A DNA stretch of 64,000 nt from Eledone cirrhosa (Eukaryota), in the NCBI GenBank assembly GCA_964016885.1, contig OZ024745.1, positions 93,930,001-93,994,000 on the forward strand, given 5' to 3'. This document shows, piece by piece, positions 27,701 through 37,800 of the stretch; position 1 is the first letter of the stretch; the number at the start of each line of letters is the position of its first letter. The notes below the pieces were generated by a model, which did no database searches, was not told the origin of the DNA, and saw only the letters and a list, made by a program, of their open reading frames with translations. The position numbers were made by a program, and so were the translations under genes.

Positions 27701-30700
27701 CTGATCCTTAGACAGAGATCATTATGTTGCAAGTCTTCGGGTTAGGTTTGATGTACCCCTCCCTGTCACTGCCTTTTCCTCCCTCATTAAGTTGTAAATA
27801 GAAAAAAAAAAGAAAAAATCTAAATAAGCATCATTGAGTGTGTTTTTCTTTGCAACCATATATGGAATTCAAGTGAGATATTTCAATCTCAGGATAGTAT
27901 GGACCTACTTCATTAAGAGCCTTAAACCCAGTTTAATCTGTTTAACTCATTTTGTTATATATTCTAACATCAATGGATAATCATAAGTTCGGGATACACC
28001 CTGTGTTTTTGCACTCACTCTTTGTTCAGTATAATTACTCCTACTGTGTTTCCACACTCTTGAAAATATTTGCTTGATTTCTACAGACTATTAGTCTAGA
28101 ATAAAAAAAACTGACTTTCCTTTGTAACAACAGCTATTGATATGATTTTCTAGCCATGTTATTACAACTCAGCTTATGTATATTTTATTTTACTCATAGA
28201 GCTGTATCTGATGGATCCAAGGGAAATACTAATAACCAGTTTGGTCGGATTCTACAATATATGGAATGCCCTCAGTATATTCGCAAAAACTTCTTTCCCA
28301 AACACAGTGATCTTCAATATGCAGGTGAGATGTTTTCTCTTTTTTAACTTCTTGTTTTGTATCCATTTTCTTATGCTAATAAGGCTAGAAAATTTGCACA
28401 TTTATATGCTGGTTAAGCAGTTGTTATTAAGCTTATATAGGTGGCAAATTGGCAGAGTCATTAGAACATCAGGTAGAATAATTTGTGGTATTTGTTCCAG
28501 CTCTCTACTCTCTGAGTTCAAATCCCAATAAGGTCAACTTTGCCTTTCATCCTTTCGAGGTCGATTAAAAAAAAAAAGTACCAGTCTAATACTGAGGGTT
28601 TTTTCTTCCTCTAAATGTCTTTCTCACTTCCTCTCTCTCACTTCATATCCTTCTTTGGAAAAAAATCAGCTGTATTCAGACCTGAAGATGGATAGGTTCC
28701 ACCAGGCTTAAAATGCTCAAGGAACACTGTATACCTACGACTCCATCAGGGGTTACTGGACCATACCATAAAGCTTGTTGCCTCTCTTAATTTGGGTGCA
28801 GGCATGGCTGTATGATGAAGTTTGATTTTCAATCACACAATTTCAGGTTCAATCCCACTGTGTGGCACTTCAAGTGTCTTCTACAACAGCCTCAGGTAAA
28901 CTAAAGTTTTATATGTGTAATTGAGTAGAGAGAAGCCTGTTAGATAAACTCTACTTGTTATTGTGTGGTAGACTTAATCCATTGTTCAGTTTAACACCAC
29001 TGTCTAGCCCTTGAATGTGTTCAGCAAAGTCCAATTTGTTGCAAGCATTCAGACCAGGTCTCTACACTGAGGATATCGAGATATTTTCCTACCAGACCTT
29101 GAAGCTCTGTGGAAAAAGGTCATGGATGCTGTTTTTGCTCTTCTGACTAAGCCAAATCCCCACTTTGGTACAAATCACCATTATTTATCATCATACATCC
29201 CTTTCCCATGCTGCCATGGAGTGGATAGATTATCTGTAGGGCGTATTCCTGAAAAGCAGGTTAATAATACCAACGGGCAGCTGCTCAAACAAAACTCGAG
29301 AGTTCACATATATCAGTTCTGAAGTTAGGAAGATGGACTGAGAAATAAAGACTCGAATCCAGCTACCAATTAGTACATCACCTGAAGCACCTAAGCATAG
29401 ATTAATTGATATAATTTTCATCCACATCCTCACCTACAAATGCCACACCTGAACTCTGAACAAAGTTATGAAGCAAAACTCACAACTTGTAAAATAAAAA
29501 GTGTTTGGTGAACTGCTGACAAGACCAAAAAGGACAAGGTTAGAAAAGAAGGCAGATGGTTGGTGCTAGACTTATCTGGTTCATTGCTCAGGAATGTATA
29601 AAATGGGTTGATCACTTGATAAGATTACTAGCTGGCCCTGTAGACCAATAAAACCAACTTCTTGAGCTTTAAAGCCAAAGGAAGGCCACACTGGCTATGG
29701 ATTGATGGAGTTGCAGGCATGATTTACACCTGAAGTATAACACTACTGCAGATGTCATGCCCTGCTGTACATCACCAAATTCCCATGAGGCCATTTTAGT
29801 TGAAGTTCTTGAACAAAAACAGAACAAAACAAAATTTATCTATATATATATATCATCATCATCATTGTTTTTATGCCTGCTTTTCCACACTTGCATGAAT
29901 TGGATGGATCTTCTTCAGCACATCTCTCCACACATTGCAATCCTTTGTCATTTCCTCTGTGAGTTTCAGTGTTTTAAGATCAGCTCTCACCACCTCTGCC
30001 CAGGTCTTCCTTGGTCTTCCTCTACTGTAGCTTCCTTCCACTGGGATTTTCTAGCATTTCTTCACCCAACAATTACCATCCATGTGCATCACATGTCCAT
30101 ACCAACACAGTCTCCTCTCTTGCACACTACTTCTTATTCGTTTTATACTAAGTTTTTCTCTCAGTTCATCCAAGCTCTGTCATTCTCTTCCATTAATATT
30201 GCACATCCATCAAAGCATGCTTGCTTCATTTCTCTCCAACCTGTGCAATCTTATTTTAGAGCTCGATAGATTGGAGTGTTGAAAGTTAACATTCTTAGCA
30301 AAGACTACAATATAATAGTGCTAATTAAATATAACTGTTGACCATTCACATTGGACTAATCTTCATCATTATCATCCTCATCATCATTTAACGTCTATTT
30401 TCCACACTGGCACGGGTTAGATGGATTATTCCATTTGAGGAAAGCCATGTCAGGTGACCGTATCTTGCTCATATAGAACTGTTTCTGGCTAGGTTTCTAT
30501 GGTTGGATGCCCTTCCTAATGCCAACCACATTTACAGTTGTTATTATTCCTAATAAATCAATTTCTTTCTACCTTCATTTTTCAGGTCTCTTGAATCCTC
30601 TAGGTTGTCCACATCATATGTCTGTTGATGAAGAGAGTATATATCGAGAAGGTGTAGTTCTCAGGCCTTTCAAGTCTGGAGAAGGTAGCTTGGTGAAAGT

Positions 30701-33700
30701 GGGTCTGAAAAGGGTAATATTTTTTCATCTATTGTAACAGATAAAGTAATTTTTGTGAGAGAAAAGAAATGTCTTTTAAAAGTTATACATAATTTTTATT
30801 TTACTGTTGGATGCTACATGTGCCTATGAGGAAGAAATGAAGTTTGCTATACACCTTGTCTATGAGCTCAATGAACTATAATAACATTTCAACAGATGGT
30901 TTTTTTCGTCTTCACCATCATTAATGTCTTATTTTCTATGATTACATGGGTTAGATGGGTTGTCATGTTCGTATGCTTGACAGATCAGATCAACTGTGTT
31001 GTGCTCATACATTACATTTTAGCATGGTTTCTATAGCTGGATGCCGTTCCTAATGTCAACCACTGAACCCTTTATCATTTATGTTACTCTATATTTACTA
31101 TTATATTTTCATAGTAAAGGCTCTACCTCACATAATATCGAATCTATGAGATTTTGATATTATTTATTTTGAGAACAATACCTTAACATCAGTATGAGTG
31201 GCTGGTTATAGCCTGTTTAATCAGAAAGAAGTGAGAAAATTCTGGCTGGATATGGCTGATTTAAATGTTAAAGGGTTAATGGCATGTACAGGGCTCATTT
31301 TCTTGTGGCACTACTACCTGACAGGGAGAATTGGGTGCTTCTGTTGTAGCATTAACACTACCACTTTATATAGTGGGTTTATTTTATTTTATTGTGGAAC
31401 TTGCAGGCTGGATGCATTTTATTGTAGAACCAACACTATGACATTTCAATACTAGGGAACTTATGTCCTCATCCAGTCTAAGTGGGTAGTTAGTAATCCA
31501 GTATACATGGTGTATTTTACTGTGGTACAAACACTGAAGAAATAGCCTTGTTCCTTGCAAAGTTAACCCTTTAGTTACCAACCTGGCCAAAACCACCCAT
31601 TTTTAAGGTTTCCAATTTATATTAAAATCTTCCAACATAATTTTATATATGAACTTTACATTAAGTTACTATCTTAGTAATGAAATAATTAATAATGTTA
31701 GTAAGTCCCTCAAAATTCTTCATTAGTTAATTAAAATAGAGTGTATTCATTAGAAATACAGTCATGAAAGGGTTTAAATGTGTTCTCTAGGGAATAGCAT
31801 TAGAAATACCAACAAAAAGTAGAATGATTGATGGCATTCAATGAATATACATTCTTCTTATTTTAAATCATATTCTTTCTTTTTCAGGATGTTGTAGTAG
31901 ATCAAACTGTTCCTAGTGGAAAGCGTATCACTGTAAAATTAGATGCCTTACATACCAGTGAGTGTATATAGTATCATTTGTCAATATAGCTTTCATCCCT
32001 CAATAGTTATTGCTGTTAATCTTATTGTGTTGCTGTGTTTCACAAGGATAGGAGGGAAGCTCTCAAGTAATAATAAGGAAAATTGTGTACAGTGCTCAGG
32101 TGCACTATAACTCATGCAAGGTGCATGTATAATACATAGAATAATGTACAAATGTCAGGAAAGTGAAAAGTGTATGAGTTAATCAAGTCCATGATCTCAT
32201 TTCAATCCTGACTCAAGGAACCATTTGTTTTTCTCAGCTTATATTACTTGCCTTGATAAAAGCATAAAATAGCCAGGCATCTTTTGTAGAAATTATTGCT
32301 TCTGAATTAACAAGATCCCAGACCTCATTCACTTACTGAGTGAGGTGGAACTTGTCAGATTGGACCTAGGAAACAATGTTTGCAATGGTCTTTCCAATTA
32401 CTGATACTGGTCGCAACTCCTGGCAGAAGGAGCAACGTGAAATAAAGTATCTTGCTCATGGGCACAACACATAGCCCAGCCCGGGAATCAAACTCACAAC
32501 CTTACAATTATGAATCAAACTCTCTAACCACTAAGCCATGTGTCTTCCAGATGCCTATTGTAGAAACTGTTGCTAATGTTCTCAGAAAATTCATATTTCT
32601 TGTGCTCTAAAAGATCTCAGACTTTCAGTATGGTTAGTAAATTTGCTGAAATAATGGTAGAACACGAGACTAAATACCTTACAGTATTTGACCTCCCTTG
32701 TTATTCTTATGCCATCTTGGTCGACCATAGGTTTGATCTCTACATTGTTAATTATATAACTACTAACAATATAACGAGATGGAGGTGGATATATCATATC
32801 ATTATACATCTCTCCCTCAAAACATTTGACTGTAAATTGTGTCAACAGTGTTAGAGCATTGAACAAAATGTCATCAGTGTTAGAACAAAGTGTCATGAGT
32901 GTTAGAGCATTGAACAAAATGTCTTGTGGTAGTTGTTCGGAGTTTAAAGTCAGCTGAAGTCAGCTTTACTTTTCATCCTTTTGAGGGTCAATAAATTAAA
33001 GTACCATTCATGTGCTGAGGTTGGTTTAATCAACTAACGCCTGCTCACAAGTATATGTGGTGGTGTCTATGCTAGAAATTATTATTAATATTATTATTAG
33101 GGCAGTGGATTAGCAGAATTGGTAGAACGTCCAACAACGTTTTTCAGCATATAGTTACTTCCCTTTATCTTCTGAGTTCCAATCCCACTGAAGTTGGCTT
33201 TGCCTTTCATCCTTACAGGTCAATGAACTAAAATACGAGTAATGCACTGGAGGTCGATTTAATTGACTTTTCCCTTTGCCAAAATTGTTGGCCTTGTGCC
33301 TAAATCAGAAACCATTCTTATTATTATTTCTGTTATCGTATTAGTATAGATGACTTATCTGAATGTGTTGGCATTCATTCAGATTAGGTTGAGTCGATTC
33401 CCACCAAAGAATCCACATCCGTCATTAAACCAAAGGCGGTTCTTTTTGAGCAGGATTTGTTAAAGAGAATCAGTCCAGTAAGAATGGCAAAATCTGGAGT
33501 TCAACATAAAATCCAAAGTGTGAACATAAAAGATAGTTTAGCATCTAAACTCAAGTGGATATTTTCAAAATCTTAATTTCAAAGTTTTGCTGTTTAGTGC
33601 AATCAAATCCTGCCAGAGTCAAGTTTCGCTTTTGTTCAACCAGGATTGATGAAGAATATACCAGTAATATATCTAGTAAATTCAATAAACTATAATGTCA

Positions 33701-34858
33701 CCATCTTATACAAAAATTGGTCCAACCATAAACTTTCTTACTGCTAACCACCCAACATAATGTAGTTGTAGAACTTGTTTTTGTCACTCCTGTAACCTGG
33801 AGCAAGCAGAGTTATGTACCTTTGTTTAGCATCACAGCGCAATAAACTAATGCAAACATGTGCTATATGTAAGGCAATATTTAATAGGGCGGTGGATTGG
33901 GAGTATTGGTGGAGCGTCGGACAACATGCTTTATGGCATAGAGTTACGGCCCTTTACGATCTCAGTTCAAATCCTGCCGAGGTTAGCTTTGTCTTTCATC
34001 CTTACGGGGTCGATAAAATAAAAGTACTAGTAATGCACTGGTATTGATTTAATCAACTTTCTCCTTCCCCAATACTGTTGGCCTTGTGCCTAAATAAGAA
34101 ATGTTAAACCAATATTTAACATTGATAGAGTACAGGTAATATGATTATAAATGAGATTGATGATTATATTATACAGGTAAAGTTCCGTTATAACGAATAC
34201 CATTATAACGAATTTTTCAGTATAACAAAATTTTTTTCAATATCCCTGGCCACATGCTTGATGTGTTAGGACGATCTCGTTATAAAAAATTTTCGTTACA
34301 ACGAATTTTTTTTTATACCCCATGAATTTCGTTATAACCGAATTTCACTGAATTTATACATAACCATTCTGTTTTACAGAACAGCAAAATCTGAAGGGCA
34401 AAGTTGTTTCTTTCTCAACGCCCCGTATAGAATCTGGTATTTATTGGGGTTATACTGTCAGGATGGCTGATAGTTTGAGCTCTGTAATTACTGAATGTCC
34501 TTATGAAGAAGGCTATGATACCATCATTGGAACATCTGATAAAGGAAGCAGTGTTGATGAATTGAAATTGGGAAAATTCAGGTTTGTCTATCACCTTTTA
34601 ATTATTTAGATATACATATGTGTGTATTGTGTAGATGCATGTGTGAGTAGGGTATGGAGTGAAAGAGAGAGAGAATTACAGGTGGCTAACTCAATAGGGG
34701 TTTCTGATTAAAGGTCCATTTATGTATTGATATACACCATATTTTCTTTTGTCTTGGTCCCTTATCATCTTGGCTACTAGGTCTGACTTTCTTCTTTGTG
34801 TGTGTGTGTGTGTACACATTCATATATATCATCATTTAATGCCCATCCATTCAGTGAC

Positions 34859-34890
<32 letters not shown>

Positions 34891-37800
34891 GGGTGTCCAA
34901 AAATAATGTATATACACATTTATTAGAATGCTTTTGAAGAGTATATATTTTTGGGGAGACCCTGTGTGTGTGTGTGTATATATATATACATACAAACACA
35001 CACACACACTCATATATATTACCAGGTAACTTACTTTTACTTTTCGTTACCTCATCTTACAGTCCATTTTGCATTGTTTAGCATTATATATTATATACAA
35101 TGCTTCAAGCAAACTACAACATTTTATTATATATATATATATATACATGGAAAAATAAAAAATATGAGAATAGACCGTTACATGTTTATTTAAAACAGCA
35201 CCTACGTACGTTTCGCCCGGATGGGCTTCTCAAGGGTATAAATAACTACTGCAAAATCAAAACACGCTTTTTTGCGAAGAATGAACTCTGACGTGAACTT
35301 ATCTCCCAAAACACTTTCCGGGCCATGTAAGGAACACTTTTTAGTTATTATGCCCTTGAGAAGCCCATCCGGGCGAAACGTACGTAGGTGCTGTTTTAAA
35401 TAAACATGTTGTAATGGTCTGTTCTCATATTTCTTATTTTTCTACGTGCTTACGCTCTGCTAATTCTCTCGCCCACTAGATATTAACACTTCTAATATTT
35501 AACACTGCCGGCACTAGCATTGAGCACCCTCTGCATACGCTATTTGGCAAATAACTACATGTATCACCTATCTCTCCTTTTCTCTCTCTCGATACGTAAA
35601 TACTCTCTCTCTCTATATATATATATATATCTTTTGTCACATCACCTACTGGTGAGCCAATCCTCTGCAAAACGCGCGTAACAGGTTGATACGAATAAAT
35701 ATTTTTCATATTTTATTTTTCTATTATATATATATAAAGAGAGAGCAGTCCAACACACACACACTATGTCCCATCACAGCCTGAAAAATTATTTAGATGG
35801 GATTTTCCCGAAAGTTGTATCAGGAAATAAGGTCCAGTGGAATGAAAGGTCATTTAGCTCACCAGACCTAATGACATTGTTTTTTTTTTTCTGTCAATAG
35901 TCTATATGAATTGATCCAGAACTATTGATACTCAAAAGGAGGCAATCATATCTATTTGTGATAACATGAATACAGATACCCCAGGAAGGGATCAAATTTC
36001 TTGTGTTCTATGGAGTTAAAAATGCTTTCATTTGCTGTAACTTTGTACATTCAAACACATTATTATTTAACCCTTTCATTTAACCCTCTAATTTCAATTA
36101 TAGAGAATTTTGAAGGATTTACTAAAATTATTAATTATTTCATTACTAAGATAGTAGCTTAATCTAAGGTTCTTATATAAAATTATGTTGGAAGATTTTA
36201 ATACAAATTGGAAACCTTTAAAATAGGTGGCTTTATTTTATAGAATCAGAGCTGGTTGGGCCAGATTGGTAACTGAAGGGTTCTCTTTCTATGGACACCC
36301 TGTATATGCATCATCATCATCATCATCAACATCGTTTTATGTCCATTTTTCCATGCTGGTAAATTTGACGAAAGGCAACTAATGGAGTTTAGCCCTGACT
36401 GAGTAGATCTATGATGAAAGGTTCATCACCATCTCAGCTTCTCATATAATGATAGTCATTAGGGCATCAAATTTATAATGCTTTGGTATTTATTCCAGCT
36501 TACTGCATTCTGAGTTCAAATGCCACAGAGGTCAACTTTACCTTTCATCCTTTTGAAGTTGATAAATAAAGTACCAGTCCAGTACTTGGGTCTATTCTTC
36601 TTTGGAAGTAATTGGCTGTTACAAATTGGAGATGGATCGGCTTTACCAGGTTTAAAATGCCTAAGATATGTCTGGTGTTATGATGATAACCCTACAACTT
36701 TATCAATTTTTTTTTTGTTCATCACTTTTAAAGATAATGGTAGGAGGAGAATTTTACTGCTATTTCTAGCTGGTTAAGTAACCACATATAGGCTTGATAT
36801 GCTTTGTATGTGTAACTTTTGGCACAAGGCCAGCAATTACCTCATTGCATTACTGGTGCTTTATTTTATCAACCCTGTAAGAATGAAAGGCAAAGTTAAC
36901 CTCGGTGGGATTTGAACAAAGAATGGCGTCCAACCCTCTACCGATACTGTGTAATAATGTTGAAAAGTCTGATTGTTCAGTTTCACTTAGAAAACTGTAA
37001 TAGAGAAAAATTCAACTTTCCAGCAGGAAAAGTGATTATGGTTTATGGATGCTCGTATAATGAGGTTGATGCAGTTCACTATGGCCATCTCTTACACATT
37101 TATTGCCATTTGCCAAATATTAAAAAAAAAATCTTTATCATTGTATGAAATGACCATATCATTATCATTCTTGTTATTTTGTTTCTGTGAGGGCAGTGGA
37201 ATGACAGAATCAGACAACATGCTTACCAGCACAGAGTTACGGCCCTTTACGTCCTGAGTTCAGATCCCACAAAGGTTAGCTTTGCCTTTCATCCTTACAG
37301 GGTCGATAAATAAAGCACCAGTAATGCACTGGGGTCGATTTAATCAACTTTCTCTTCCCCTTCAAATTGCTGGCCTTGTGCCTAAATCAGAAACAATTAT
37401 TTTTTTTCTATTGGCAGTATCGGTAGAGCGTTGGACAACATGCTTTGCAGCATAGAGTTATGCCAACACTACACCTTCTATCCCCCTCCATACATACACA
37501 CACATGTATATCATGACTCATACACTGTTCACTTTCCTGACATTTGTACATTATTCTAAGTACTATACATGCACCTTTGATGAGTTATAGTGCACCTGAG
37601 CACTGTACACAATAAATCATTATTATTAATAGGCAGTATTGGTAGAGGGTCGGACGCCATGCTTTGAGTTCAAATCCCGCCGAGGTTAACTTTGCCTTTC
37701 ATCCTTACAGGGTCGATAAAATAAAGTACCAGTAATACGCTGGGATAATTGCTGGCTTTGTGCCAAAAGTAGAAACAATTATTATTATTATTATGTCCCT

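Noticed and set aside
28680-28730. CTGAAGA as a third hammerhead
   Set aside because: No stem II followed by GAAA downstream.
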